A DNA stretch of 59,311 nucleotides from Patescibacteria group bacterium (GTDB lineage Bacteria; Patescibacteriota; Minisyncoccia; Phycocordibacterales; WO2-35-19), in NCBI GenBank assembly GCA_038056395.1, contig JBBUFS010000006.1:1-59311 (forward strand), given 5' to 3'. Each line of letters opens with the position of its first letter. The stretch's first letter is position 1. The translations under genes were made by a program, and so were the position numbers. The notes beneath the pieces were generated by a model. The model had not been told where the DNA came from, ran no database searches, and saw only the letters and a program-made list of their open reading frames with translations. Below, in pieces: positions 19,679 to 29,223 of the stretch.

Positions 19679-19933
19679 ATGCAGCCCGAAGAAAAAGAAA
19701 TGCTCAAAAAAACTCTTGAACTTGCCCAGGAGAATAATAATATATTGCATTCTATTCGTCGGGGCATGTTTTGGGGTAGGGTTATGAGAGTGGTGTATTG
19801 GGTTATTATTATCGGGGTGGCTATCGGCGCCTACTACTATATAACGCCTTACATTGATAGCGCGGTTGGCGCCTATGGCGATATGAAAGGAGATTTGAAA
19901 AATTTCAGTGATTTGTTTAAATTGAATAAGTAA
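19679..19933 (+). CDS. Small hypothetical membrane protein
   Basis: ATG 19679 lies 6 nt after a TATAAT box. One TM helix (VVYWVIIIGVAIGAYYYI). Confidence 0.5.
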   Translation: MQPEEKEMLKKTLELAQENNNILHSIRRGMFWGRVMRVVYWVIIIGVAIGAYYYITPYIDSAVGAYGDMKGDLKNFSDLFKLNK

Positions 19934-19937
19934 TTAT

Positions 19938-20010
19938 GCCTAGGTAGCTCAGTTGGTAGAGCATTCCCCTGAAGAGGGAAGGGTCGGCGGTTCGAGCCCG
20001 CCCCTAGGCA
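19938..20010 (+). tRNA. tRNA-Phe (anticodon GAA), CCA not encoded
   Basis: Acceptor GCCTAGG/CCTAGGC, D arm GCTC-AGTTGGTA-GAGC, anticodon arm TTCCC-CTGAAGA-GGGAA, T arm GGCGG-TTCGAGC-CCGCC. Confidence 0.9.
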
Positions 20011-20083
20011 CCGCTTGACATTTAAAGTGGTAAGCTTTAGTATTAAGATTAAAGTTAGTTTTATAAGCTCTAATTTTATATAT

Positions 20084-20362
20084 ATGCCATCAGAAAATGA
20101 AAATAAAACCGCCAAAATTATCCTATTGGTGGTTGCAGCGCTGGTTGTGGTTTTTGTTTTAGGCCTTTGGATTAAACAAAAAAGACAAACAGAAAACCCC
20201 CCAACTCAACCTACGCCAGTTTCTGAAATTGACGAAATAGCCAATAGTCTGTTCCAAAACGCGGATGCTGCAGCGATCCAGGCGCAACAGGAGGCCTCAA
20301 AAACTTCCGTTGGAGATGACAGTTCCGTTATTAATAGCGCTAACAACACCATTTATGAATAA
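20084..20362 (+). CDS. Small membrane-anchored hypothetical protein
   Basis: MPSENENKTAKIILLVVAALVVVFVLGLWI. Its stop overlaps the next ATG (ATGAATAA). Confidence 0.5.
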   Translation: MPSENENKTAKIILLVVAALVVVFVLGLWIKQKRQTENPPTQPTPVSEIDEIANSLFQNADAAAIQAQQEASKTSVGDDSSVINSANNTIYE

Positions 20363-22088
20363 AAGAATTATCATAGCAGCACTGATTTTATCATTGCCGC
20401 TTAATTTTGCCTCTGCCCAGACTGCTGGCCAAACTAAAAATGAAGCAAATTTTTGCGCCCAGATAAACATCTCTTCCGACAAGATTACAAATGGTATGAA
20501 TGATTTTTCGGTAAAATTATCTGAAAACAACAAGCAAAATAAAGACAAAAACAATCAGCTGCGCAATCAAGAGGATTTGCAAGTAAACCAAAGAAACATC
20601 CAGGAAGACAAACAGCTTGAAGATAAAATTAAGGGTTTAGAAAGTAAGATTACCGATTCCCAGAAACAAGCTATAACCCAATTCAGGCAAACATTGAAAG
20701 AAGCGATAAATGTAAGGCGAAGCGCCACTGAAAAGGCGAGAAAAGATTTTCACAGCCAAGTTGACCAAGCTTTAAATGCTAGGTATCAAGCAGTTTTAGC
20801 CGCTTTTGATGTTTACCGCAACACCAATAATCAAGTTCTGCAGAAAGCCAAAACTGATTGCGCCAATGGAGTTGATCCCAAAAAAGTTCGACAGGATTAT
20901 ACTACTGGCCTAAAAATCTCCCTGGAAACACTCAAGAATACGGTAAATCAGATTAAAACAGCAGATGAAATAAATAAATTAAAAGATGCCGAAATTGCCG
21001 CTATTAAACAAGCCAACGATATTTTCAAGCAAACTGTCCAACAGGCGGTTGAGACTCTAAAACAAGCTCTTTCTTCTCCTGAAACAACTCCTGATAATGG
21101 CGACGGAGGCGCTAGCAACACGGTTGATTCAATCACTTTAGTCACTGACAACGGTGGCAGATTGGACTGGTCAACTACCAATAATTTAGTGGCTTTTGAT
21201 CGACGCAAGAGCAATAATTATTACGCTGTTTACATAGCTTCTCCTGACCTTAAAGACCCTATCTGCCTGACCTGTAAATTCAGCCAGTTTGAAAAACGCC
21301 ATGCCGGCAATCCGGTCTGGACGCCTGATGGCAATTATGTCGTCTTTCAAGCCCAGTCAAATGATAGAAATCCTGATTTAGCCACTCCAGGCAAAGGAGC
21401 TAACAATGATCTATATATTGTTTCCAAAAAGGGCGATCAATTTTGGCCACTGACTGATTTATCTTCGCAAAAAGCTTACGGCATATTGCATCCGAAAGTT
21501 TCCCAAGATGGCAAAAAGCTTTTATGGGCCCAGCTAATTTCTTCCGGCAACACTTTTGGCATCTGGCAATTGAAAGTGGCTGATTTTGCCTTCAAAAATG
21601 ACATTCCAAAGCTTTCCAACATTAAAACTTACACACCCGGAACAAAGCCGGGACTTTATGAAAGCCATGGATTTTCGCCGGATGGCAAATATATCTATTT
21701 CTCCGCCAATACTTTCGATCAGAATCCAGCCGGTTTTGACATCTATAGAATGGATCTGTCCAACGGCAAAGTTCTCAACTACAATAACTCAATCAAAGAT
21801 TGGGACGAGCATGCTCAACTCTCGCCTGATGGCGCTAAAGTTGTTTGGTCTTCCAGCGCCGGCCAAAAAAATGCCAGCAACGACCTTTGGATTATGAACT
21901 CATCAGACGGTAGCGGCAAGACAAAACTGACAGATGTCCACAATAAAACCTCACCATTTTATGTCGGTTCCGGAGGGTTCGGCCCGGCTGACGCTTCTTG
22001 GAGCGCGGACGGCAAGCAGTTGTTAATGTATGTCATTAACAACATGCAAGGCACTGGCGGCAAAATCTATTTAGTCAAATTCAAATAA
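20355..22088 (+). CDS. Secreted protein with an N-terminal coiled-coil region and a C-terminal TolB-like (PD40) beta-propeller
   Basis: Signal peptide MNKRIIIAALILSLPLNFASA. Repeated WTPDGNYVVF, FSPDGKYIYFSAN, LSPDGAKVVWSS and WSADGKQLLMYV blades. Confidence 0.7.
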   Translation: MNKRIIIAALILSLPLNFASAQTAGQTKNEANFCAQINISSDKITNGMNDFSVKLSENNKQNKDKNNQLRNQEDLQVNQRNIQEDKQLEDKIKGLESKITDSQKQAITQFRQTLKEAINVRRSATEKARKDFHSQVDQALNARYQAVLAAFDVYRNTNNQVLQKAKTDCANGVDPKKVRQDYTTGLKISLETLKNTVNQIKTADEINKLKDAEIAAIKQANDIFKQTVQQAVETLKQALSSPETTPDNGDGGASNTVDSITLVTDNGGRLDWSTTNNLVAFDRRKSNNYYAVYIASPDLKDPICLTCKFSQFEKRHAGNPVWTPDGNYVVFQAQSNDRNPDLATPGKGANNDLYIVSKKGDQFWPLTDLSSQKAYGILHPKVSQDGKKLLWAQLISSGNTFGIWQLKVADFAFKNDIPKLSNIKTYTPGTKPGLYESHGFSPDGKYIYFSANTFDQNPAGFDIYRMDLSNGKVLNYNNSIKDWDEHAQLSPDGAKVVWSSSAGQKNASNDLWIMNSSDGSGKTKLTDVHNKTSPFYVGSGGFGPADASWSADGKQLLMYVINNMQGTGGKIYLVKFK

Positions 22089-22098
22089 TCTTGGAATT

Positions 22099-22545
22099 TT
22101 AATTCCCTCTAACTTTGAGGCGAGTAGAGCGGTTTTTGTCCAGTTTGGGCAAGCGAATAATAAGCAGGCCATGTTTTTCGATGGCTTCAGCGGCGTCCAC
22201 ATCTATTTCTTGAGGTAAAACTATGGTGCGGGAAAAAGTGCCCCAATAGAGTTCTTTGTGAAAATAATCATCATCAGCGACGGTTCTTTCATTTTCTCTT
22301 TTGCCTTTTAAAGTGACCATATCGCGGGAAATGGAAACATCCAAATCTTCTGGCTTCACTCCGGCGACCATAGTTTTTATAATAATTTCATTCTGATTTT
22401 GATAGACATCAACATTAAGCTCGCCTTCTTCCGGTGTGTTGTTCATCCAATTTTCTCCTTTTACATCCGGCAACTCACTTTCCACATTGCTTGGTAGAGA
22501 GACAGAGCCGGTTAATCTTTCAAAAAATGATCTTTTATTTGACAT
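22099..22545 (-). CDS. Hsp20/alpha-crystallin small heat-shock protein
   Basis: Alpha-crystallin core: VDVYQNQNEIIIKTMVAGVKPEDLDVSI...GTFSRTIVLPQEID...GLLIIRLPK. Confidence 0.85.
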   Translation of the reverse strand: MSNKRSFFERLTGSVSLPSNVESELPDVKGENWMNNTPEEGELNVDVYQNQNEIIIKTMVAGVKPEDLDVSISRDMVTLKGKRENERTVADDDYFHKELYWGTFSRTIVLPQEIDVDAAEAIEKHGLLIIRLPKLDKNRSTRLKVRGN

Positions 22546-22548
22546 CTT

Positions 22549-23235
22549 TTAAGAATTAACTTTTTTAATTTTTTCAATCAAAACTATTAAGAGAACAATT
22601 AAAACCCAGACTCCGGCAAAAACAAAAAACAAATCATTCTCAAGTTTAATTATAAGCAAATTAAATATTGTGTGCAAGATGATCGCCGTGCATAACCCCA
22701 TCACTAAAAAAATTTTCTTAACTGCAGGTTTTTTGTAATAAGAAAGACCTATCATAACACCGATGGCGGCCGAAGAAGCAACATGAAGAAGAGTGGCTCC
22801 TAAAAATCTGGAATTGCCAGTGATAATGCTTTGAGAAAAAAGACCGACATCAACCAGATTAAAAATAAACAAAGTATTTTCAAAAGCGGAAAACCCCAGA
22901 GCGGCGGTAATCATATAGATAATTGCGTCAATCGGCTCGTCTGTCACCCTGTTTTTTAAGGCGGTAAAATAGGCGACCATGTATTTGGAAATTTCTTCCG
23001 CGCTTGCCCAAAGAATGACGGTTGTTATTGAGATGATTGAAACAGTGGCCGCAAAAATAAACTTTTCAAGCGGTATGACCACCAAAACAGAGGCCATGCC
23101 GCCAAGAAAAACCATTATTATCCTGGATTTTGGTTCCGGATGAAGTTTGTCTTCCTTTAGCCAAAACCAAAGCCAAAGCAAAGCCGGCAAGACACCGCCC
23201 AAGAGAGAAAATAAAATGGTAGTAAAAGAATTCAT
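22549..23235 (-). CDS. PrsW-family intramembrane protease
   Basis: Polytopic membrane protein with SAEEISKY, GFSAFENTLF and LHVASSAAIG motifs. ATG 23235 avoids an overlap with valS. Confidence 0.7.
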   Translation of the reverse strand: MNSFTTILFSLLGGVLPALLWLWFWLKEDKLHPEPKSRIIMVFLGGMASVLVVIPLEKFIFAATVSIISITTVILWASAEEISKYMVAYFTALKNRVTDEPIDAIIYMITAALGFSAFENTLFIFNLVDVGLFSQSIITGNSRFLGATLLHVASSAAIGVMIGLSYYKKPAVKKIFLVMGLCTAIILHTIFNLLIIKLENDLFFVFAGVWVLIVLLIVLIEKIKKVNS

Positions 23236-23236
23236 T

Positions 23237-25441
23237 TTAATATTTTGGCCATTTTTCAATCATCAATAACCCTTTTGAATCAGGCAGGAGCGACCAAATT
23301 TTTTCGGTAATGAACGGCATAAATGGATGCAAGAGTTTTAATTGCTCTTTTAAAAGATAGTAAAGAAGTTGTTTGGCTGAATCAGCCTCTTGATTTTCTT
23401 TAATTCTATTTTTGCAATCTTCGATTATTATATCAGCAAAAGTGTGCCAAAAGTAGTGATATATTTTTTCAGCTGCCAAATAAAATCTGTAATTTTCCAT
23501 ATCGTTAGTTATGTCAATAATAACATTTTTAAATTCCCCAACTATTTTTTTGTCTTCTTCATTTAACCTAGATATGTCAAAGGGCATCTTTGACACTTCA
23601 AAAATATCAGAAATCTGTTCTAATACAAATCGGGAAGCATTCCAAATTTTATTGGCAAAATTTTTATAAGCCTTTACTTTGGCGAAATCAAATTTGCTGT
23701 CATTCCCTGGGCCTATACCGACGGTTAGAGCCATGCGCAGAGCATCTGTACCGTATTGATTAATAACATCTATTGGATCAATACCATTATCCAACGATTT
23801 GCTGAATTTTCTTCCCTTAGTGTCACGCACTATTCCATGGAAATAAACATTTTTGAATGGTATTTGTCCCACGGCATAGGTTGTCATGAGTATCATTCTG
23901 GCAACCCAAAAGAATATAAGTTCATATCCCGGACACATCAGTGTTGTCGGGTGATAATTCTTTAAATCTTCTGTTTTTTCTGGCCAGCCAAGAGTAGAAA
24001 ATGTCCAAGTGCCAGATGAAAACCATGTATCCAATGTGTCTTCATCCTGAGTCCAGCCATCTTCTTTTGGTTCTTCTGCTCCACAATAGATTTTTTCACC
24101 TTTATACCAGACTGGAATTCTGTGTCCATACCAAATTTGTCTGCTAATGCACCAGTCGCGCAAGTTTTCAATCCAGTTTATATATACTTTCTCAAATCTA
24201 TCTGGTGTTATATTTATACTTTTGCTTTCCACTACGGATAGCATCAATTTTTTTAGAGTCACTTTTTCTCCTTTTTTTATGTAGGGAAGAGTATCAAAAG
24301 GATATATAAATTCTTTGCTAACATTTATGAACCATTGGAGTTTTGGTAATGGTTCAACTATTCCTTTGGAACGGTCGGCAATGGAAATGTTTTGAGAAAT
24401 TTCTTCTTCTTTTTCCATCAATTTTTTTTCTCTCAACCATTGCGCCACTACATCTCTCGCCTCAGTCGTTTTTTTATCTTTAAGGAGGGAGGACTCAACA
24501 AACATTCTGGCATATTCATTTATGACTTGTTTGAGGGGTAAATTATGTCTCTGAGCAATTTCCCAGTCTATTTGGCTATGGGCCGGAGTGACACCAAGCG
24601 CCCCAGTTCCAAATTCTGGATCAACCGACTCATCGGCAATTATTTTTATACTGAGTTTTTCTCCAGCAAAATCCTCTATTTCAAATGTTTGGCCAATGTA
24701 CTTTTTGTATCTCTCGTCATCAGGATGAACAGCCACGGCAGTATCGCCAACTTTGGTTTCTGGTCTGGTTGTAGAAATTGCAATGGGGAAATCTGGAGAA
24801 TATTTAAATGTATACATTATTGCTTTTCTTTCTTCGTGTTCAACTTCATCATCGGAAATTGTTGTTTGACCTTTTGGATCCCAATTGACGACTTTGTATG
24901 CCCTGTAAATTAATCCGTCATCATACATTCTTTTGAAAATTGTTTTTATAACCAAATTTCTTTTTTCATCAAGAGTAAATGCTTCTCGTGACCAATCAAG
25001 GGATGAACCAATTTTTCGTAATTGTTTTTGTATAGTTCCTCGACTTTCTTCAACAAATTTTTCAACCCTTTTTACAAACTCTTCCTTTCCTAAGTCATGC
25101 CTATTTTTCCCTTCTTCTTTTTGAATCATCTTTTCAACTTTTGCGTGCGTGGCCGTTGCAGCATGGTCAGTGCCAGGAACCCACAATGTTTTTTTGCCGG
25201 ACATTCTTTGGTATCTTGTTATTGAGTCTTGTATTGTTGTTTCAAATGTATGGCCTATATGTAATGTTCCTGTTGCGTTCGGCGGCGGCAGAACGATAGA
25301 AAAATAATCCGCGTTTTTATTTGTTATTCCTTTTTCAATACAGACATCTGGATTAAAAAAGCCGGATTCTTCCCATTTTTTATAAATGGCATCTTCGTGT
25401 TCGATTGGATTATAAGGTTTTTTAAATTCTTCATTATTCAT
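23237..25441 (-). CDS. valS: Valine-tRNA ligase (short, 734 aa)
   Basis: PPPNATGTLHIGH (HIGH), KFSKSLDN (KMSKS), and WCISRQIWYGHRIP editing/CP1 junction. Confidence 0.92.
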   Translation of the reverse strand: MNNEEFKKPYNPIEHEDAIYKKWEESGFFNPDVCIEKGITNKNADYFSIVLPPPNATGTLHIGHTFETTIQDSITRYQRMSGKKTLWVPGTDHAATATHAKVEKMIQKEEGKNRHDLGKEEFVKRVEKFVEESRGTIQKQLRKIGSSLDWSREAFTLDEKRNLVIKTIFKRMYDDGLIYRAYKVVNWDPKGQTTISDDEVEHEERKAIMYTFKYSPDFPIAISTTRPETKVGDTAVAVHPDDERYKKYIGQTFEIEDFAGEKLSIKIIADESVDPEFGTGALGVTPAHSQIDWEIAQRHNLPLKQVINEYARMFVESSLLKDKKTTEARDVVAQWLREKKLMEKEEEISQNISIADRSKGIVEPLPKLQWFINVSKEFIYPFDTLPYIKKGEKVTLKKLMLSVVESKSINITPDRFEKVYINWIENLRDWCISRQIWYGHRIPVWYKGEKIYCGAEEPKEDGWTQDEDTLDTWFSSGTWTFSTLGWPEKTEDLKNYHPTTLMCPGYELIFFWVARMILMTTYAVGQIPFKNVYFHGIVRDTKGRKFSKSLDNGIDPIDVINQYGTDALRMALTVGIGPGNDSKFDFAKVKAYKNFANKIWNASRFVLEQISDIFEVSKMPFDISRLNEEDKKIVGEFKNVIIDITNDMENYRFYLAAEKIYHYFWHTFADIIIEDCKNRIKENQEADSAKQLLYYLLKEQLKLLHPFMPFITEKIWSLLPDSKGLLMIEKWPKY

Positions 25442-25730
25442 ATCTGTTTTTATAATAATACCCTAAATGGCGATTTTTCCCAAAAAGCAATAGGAATGGT
25501 AGTTTTTAAAAGACAATTCTATAAATACATTTTTGTCCTTTATTGATTTAAGTCCCTTTTATAAGAGCAAAAAAGTTATTTTAAAGACATTTTTTAGGTA
25601 TAAAAGACATTATCTAAAAAATGGCTTAAAATATAGGTATAAATCAAGCAAAAAGCTAGCCCTTTTTGACTTTTTTTGTTAACTATGTAAATATAGAGTT
25701 ATTCTAACTTAATAAAAAATAAATTAATTT

Positions 25731-27824
25731 ATGCTTTCAAAAAATATCAAAAAAACCTATTCAACAATTTTTGTTCTTATCGTTTCTTTGAGCTTTACTT
25801 TTTCCGGTTTTGCCGCTGTGCCTGTTTATGCTGCTGATGAAGTTTCTTCCGGCCAGTGCGTTGCTGATGCCAATATGATTTTAAACAGCGGCTTTGAATT
25901 GCCGGTGGTTGATAATCCTCCAGGCAATTGGACAAGCGTGCCTGTAGGCGATCCAGAACTTTTATGGACTTCAAATGATGCTGGGTATCCATATGTTGAA
26001 ATTCAAGCCGGATATACCGAATATTCTGTGCGGTGGTTGCCTCATTCCGGAGTTCAATACGCGGAAATAGACGGAGGAACAAGTCATGATGTTTCGCAAG
26101 TATTAAATACAATTCCGGGATATTCATACTCGCTTTCATTTTGGTCAACTCCTCGTCCGAACCAGCCAGAAAGCGTCAATATTATGGACATATCTGTTGA
26201 TGGTCAGAAACTTGATACTCTTACCGCTTCAGGCACTGATATGACCAATTGGTCCCAGCATACTTATACATTTACAGCAACGGCAACCTCAACCCGCGTT
26301 TCTTTTAATCAAGGTCAAACTACCTCGATTGGCGAAGGAACATTTCTTGATGATGTCTCCGTTATTTGCGATCCAGAATCTTTACCACCGACTTCACTAA
26401 ACTTTAATGTCGTGGCTTCAAAAATTGTGTGCGATTTCGAATCTGATTTGCCAAACTGGGGTTTGGGCGGTCCTGATATTAACGCCAGCACTACCAGTGA
26501 ATTTTTGAATTCCCACTCAAACTGTCATTTGGAGCCTGGTTGGAGTTTCCAATGGGCAAATGATACGACTGCCGACCCGGGGCATACCTTTATTGGCGAA
26601 GCCGCTGGCTGGAACACTTTTGGCCCAACAGACGGAGGGGGAATAACCACTACTTCATTATCCCTATCTTCTGACGCTCCGTATGTTTGGGTAAGAGAAG
26701 TTTTGAAAGACAATTACCTGCCATTTACATTCACATATCCGTCATCGGGAGATAATAATGCTGTCAGCGCAGAAATGTATTGCAGTGTAGATGTTTTGAA
26801 TTACGACAATTATGACAGAATTGACGGACCGCTTGTTTCTGGGGCCACTTATTACTGCGTAGCGTTTAATGCAGAAACCTCAACTGTTGTAAGTGATGTT
26901 CCTGTCCCTCCGCCCACTCCTCCTGTTCCACCGATCGATAACGGCGGCGGCGGAGGTGGTGGGGGTATTGGCGGGCATAGGCGCGACATAAGCAATCTCC
27001 TTGCTACCGGAGGTGGAGAAATACTTGGTGCCACCAGCTGCTCTTACTTGAGAGATTATCTAAAGATTGATTGGCAAAATGACAAGATTGAAGTTCTGAA
27101 ACTGCAATCTTTCCTAAATGTCTTTGAAAAAGAAAATTTATCCTATACAGGAATTTATAACCAGGCGACATTTGATGCAGTATCCAGATTCCAGACAAAA
27201 TATTCCGAGGATATTCTAGAACCTTGGGGTCCCAAAGTTACCAAGGGGTTCACCTACATTTTAACCAAGAAAAAAGTAAATGAAATTTATTGCAATACTA
27301 TTATTCCAGTTACCCAAACTGAACAAAATGAAATAGACGCTTTCAAATCTTCTGGCGCAAGTGTTTATAATGGGATCGGACAATCAACGGAAAATTCTGG
27401 TCAAGACCAAAATCAAGGCATTTCTATTGAAAACACCAACTTGGAGGCAGAAAGTATTCCAGTTGTAAATCTTACCTCCAGCTCTTCCAATGATTCAGTC
27501 ATCAAAAATGTGGCCATCTCTCTCTTCGCTCTGCCTCAAAAAATATTCAGCGACTGGAAGTACTTACTGGTCTTTCTGATACTAGTGGCTATTATAGTTG
27601 CCATTGTCAGATTGTTTAGAGATTCGGGAGATGGCCATGATGATTTGGATAATCCAATATCTGCTGAGGAAATACCCTCTCAACCGATTGAAGTGGATTT
27701 GATTGAAAATGAAGAATCTCCGGTGATAATATTGCCTAGCGCCAGCGCTTTGCCGGATGAGGAAATAGTAATAGAAAATCCTGAAGAAGAACCAGAGGAA
27801 ATTATAGAAGAAAAAATCAGCTGA
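25731..27824 (+). CDS. Large secreted/surface protein. It has an N-terminal galactose-binding-like (DUF642-type) module, a Pro/Gly linker, a peptidoglycan-binding repeat, a C-terminal TM helix and an acidic tail.
   Basis: Signal peptide; LNSGFELPVV...WTS...AEIDGG...; PPPTPPVPPIDNGGGGGGGGIGG; LKLQSFLNVFEKENLSYTGIYNQATFDAVSRFQ (PG_binding_1-like); LLVFLILVAIIVAIVRLF. Confidence 0.55.
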   Translation: MLSKNIKKTYSTIFVLIVSLSFTFSGFAAVPVYAADEVSSGQCVADANMILNSGFELPVVDNPPGNWTSVPVGDPELLWTSNDAGYPYVEIQAGYTEYSVRWLPHSGVQYAEIDGGTSHDVSQVLNTIPGYSYSLSFWSTPRPNQPESVNIMDISVDGQKLDTLTASGTDMTNWSQHTYTFTATATSTRVSFNQGQTTSIGEGTFLDDVSVICDPESLPPTSLNFNVVASKIVCDFESDLPNWGLGGPDINASTTSEFLNSHSNCHLEPGWSFQWANDTTADPGHTFIGEAAGWNTFGPTDGGGITTTSLSLSSDAPYVWVREVLKDNYLPFTFTYPSSGDNNAVSAEMYCSVDVLNYDNYDRIDGPLVSGATYYCVAFNAETSTVVSDVPVPPPTPPVPPIDNGGGGGGGGIGGHRRDISNLLATGGGEILGATSCSYLRDYLKIDWQNDKIEVLKLQSFLNVFEKENLSYTGIYNQATFDAVSRFQTKYSEDILEPWGPKVTKGFTYILTKKKVNEIYCNTIIPVTQTEQNEIDAFKSSGASVYNGIGQSTENSGQDQNQGISIENTNLEAESIPVVNLTSSSSNDSVIKNVAISLFALPQKIFSDWKYLLVFLILVAIIVAIVRLFRDSGDGHDDLDNPISAEEIPSQPIEVDLIENEESPVIILPSASALPDEEIVIENPEEEPEEIIEEKIS

Positions 27825-28908
27825 TATTTAAATTTCCTTGAGCTTTTAGTTCCACACCTGGTTTTTTGTTTGTCAAATATTCAATATAGCCAGCGGCGGC
27901 TATCATGGTGGCATTGTCAGTAGTTAGCGATTTTTCCGGAATAAGAATCTCCACTCCCGGATAATCTTCTTTCAAATTCAAAAAATTTTCTCTCAAAGCT
28001 TTGTTGGCGATCACTCCGCCGCCAATAATTAAAGTTTTTAGGGTGTCAAAGGGCACCTTCAAACTGTTCCGGTCCCAGAAGGTGCCCTTTGACACCCTCT
28101 CAATCGCCTTTTTTGTTTTTGAAATAAGTGTTTCTATCACAGCATCTTCAAACTCCCGAGCCACTGCTAATTTATTTATTTCTTTTTTATCTCTCAAATA
28201 ATACAAAACAGCAGTTTTTAATCCTGAAAAAGAAAAATTAAAATCCTTGGAGTGAATCATGGGCCTTGGAAACTTAGTTTCCAATTTAATATTTTTTATT
28301 CGCGCTTCTTCAGCCAACTTGCTTATTTCAGGTCCGCCCGGATAGGGAAGTCCCAGCATTCTGGCCACCTTATCAAACGCTTCGCCTACCGCGTCATCTT
28401 GAGTCTCGCCAATTTTTTCTTTTTCTGCCCAACTTTTTAAAAATACCAGCTCGGTATGCCCGCCTGATATCAAAAGCGCCAATGCCGGAAATTCTAAATT
28501 TTTTTTTGGATTTTCTTCTGCCTTGAATAAAACGGAAGCTATATGGCCTTCCATATGGTTTGTTCCAATCACCGGAATATGCCATTTTTTGCCAAGCTCT
28601 TCGGAAAAATTTATACCGGTCCACAATGACGGCTCCAATCCCGGTCCTACCGTCACCGCTATCAAATCTATTTTGTTTAATTCAAAATTGGCTTTTTTTA
28701 ATGTTTCTTCTAAAACAATGGGTAAATTTTTAATATGTTCGCGCTTTGCGAGAGCGGGAAAAACCCCGCCGTATTGCTTATGAATCTCTATCTGGCTGTG
28801 TATCACGCTTCCGAGCAACTTAAAATTAAGGTCTTCTAAACCTCCCTCCGCTTCTACTATACTGACTGCCGTCTCATCACAGCTCGTTTCTATACCTAAA
28901 ATTATCAT
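27817..28908 (-). CDS. tsaD: tRNA N6-adenosine threonylcarbamoyltransferase TsaD, carrying a 19-codon in-frame palindromic insertion
   Basis: MIILGIETSCDETAVSIV, GTNHMEGH, GGHTELV, IIGGGVIANKALR. Confidence 0.9.
   Translation of the reverse strand: MIILGIETSCDETAVSIVEAEGGLEDLNFKLLGSVIHSQIEIHKQYGGVFPALAKREHIKNLPIVLEETLKKANFELNKIDLIAVTVGPGLEPSLWTGINFSEELGKKWHIPVIGTNHMEGHIASVLFKAEENPKKNLEFPALALLISGGHTELVFLKSWAEKEKIGETQDDAVGEAFDKVARMLGLPYPGGPEISKLAEEARIKNIKLETKFPRPMIHSKDFNFSFSGLKTAVLYYLRDKKEINKLAVAREFEDAVIETLISKTKKAIERVSKGTFWDRNSLKVPFDTLKTLIIGGGVIANKALRENFLNLKEDYPGVEILIPEKSLTTDNATMIAAAGYIEYLTNKKPGVELKAQGNLNIS
28041..28097. repeat. 57-bp perfect palindromic element (19-bp arms, 19-nt spacer) inside the tsaD coding sequence
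   Basis: gggtgtcaaagggcacctt - caaactgttccggtcccag - aaggtgccctttgacaccc. It is translated in frame as VSKGTFWDRNSLKVPFDT. Confidence 0.9.
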
Positions 28909-28911
28909 TCA

Positions 28912-28983
28912 TGACCCCACGGAGAGTCGGACTCCGCTTCCAAGCTTGAAAAGCTTGTGTCCTAACCGATAGACGATGGGGCC
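28912..28983 (-). tRNA. tRNA-Glu (anticodon TTC)
   Basis: Acceptor GGCCCCA/TGGGGTC, D arm GTCT-ATCGGTTA-GGAC, anticodon arm CAAGC-TTTTCAA-GCTTG, T arm CGGAG-TCCGACT-CTCCG. The T loop departs from the usual TTCGAAT. Confidence 0.8.
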
Positions 28984-29047
28984 TCCACAAAAATATAACA
29001 TTTTTTGATAATAACGCAAAAAAGTGTTAATTTATAGATATTAGGGT

Positions 29048-29068
29048 TGCCTTCGCTGAAGCTTCGGC
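29048..29068 (+). repeat. 21-nt repeat tgccttcgctgaagcttcggc, copy 1
   Basis: Identical 21-mer at 45322..45342. It contains the wobble-paired palindrome cgctgaagcttcggcg. Confidence 0.8.
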
Positions 29069-29075
29069 GACTGAG

Positions 29076-29162
29076 GGAAGGGTGGCTGAGTGGTTTAAGG
29101 CACTGGTTTCGAAAACCAGCGTCGCTGTAAAGCGACCGTGAGTTCAAATCTCACCCCTTCCG
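29076..29162 (+). tRNA. tRNA-Ser (anticodon CGA), class II with a long variable arm
   Basis: Acceptor GGAAGGG/CCCTTCC, anticodon arm CTGGT-TTCGAAA-ACCAG, variable arm CGTCGCTGTAAAGCGACC, T arm GTGAG-TTCAAAT-CTCAC. Confidence 0.88.
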
Positions 29163-29223
29163 CATTGACAATTTAGTATCGGTGTGTCCCGATTGCTTGA
29201 GGCCTATCTGCGACCCGAGTGCT

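Noticed and set aside
25441-25730. Three AAAGACA(T/A)T repeats in the 290-bp AT-rich gap between valS and the surface-protein gene, considered as an operator array or T-box leader
   Set aside because: The repeats are short and lie in very AT-rich sequence, and there is no T-box or specifier structure. The evidence is insufficient.
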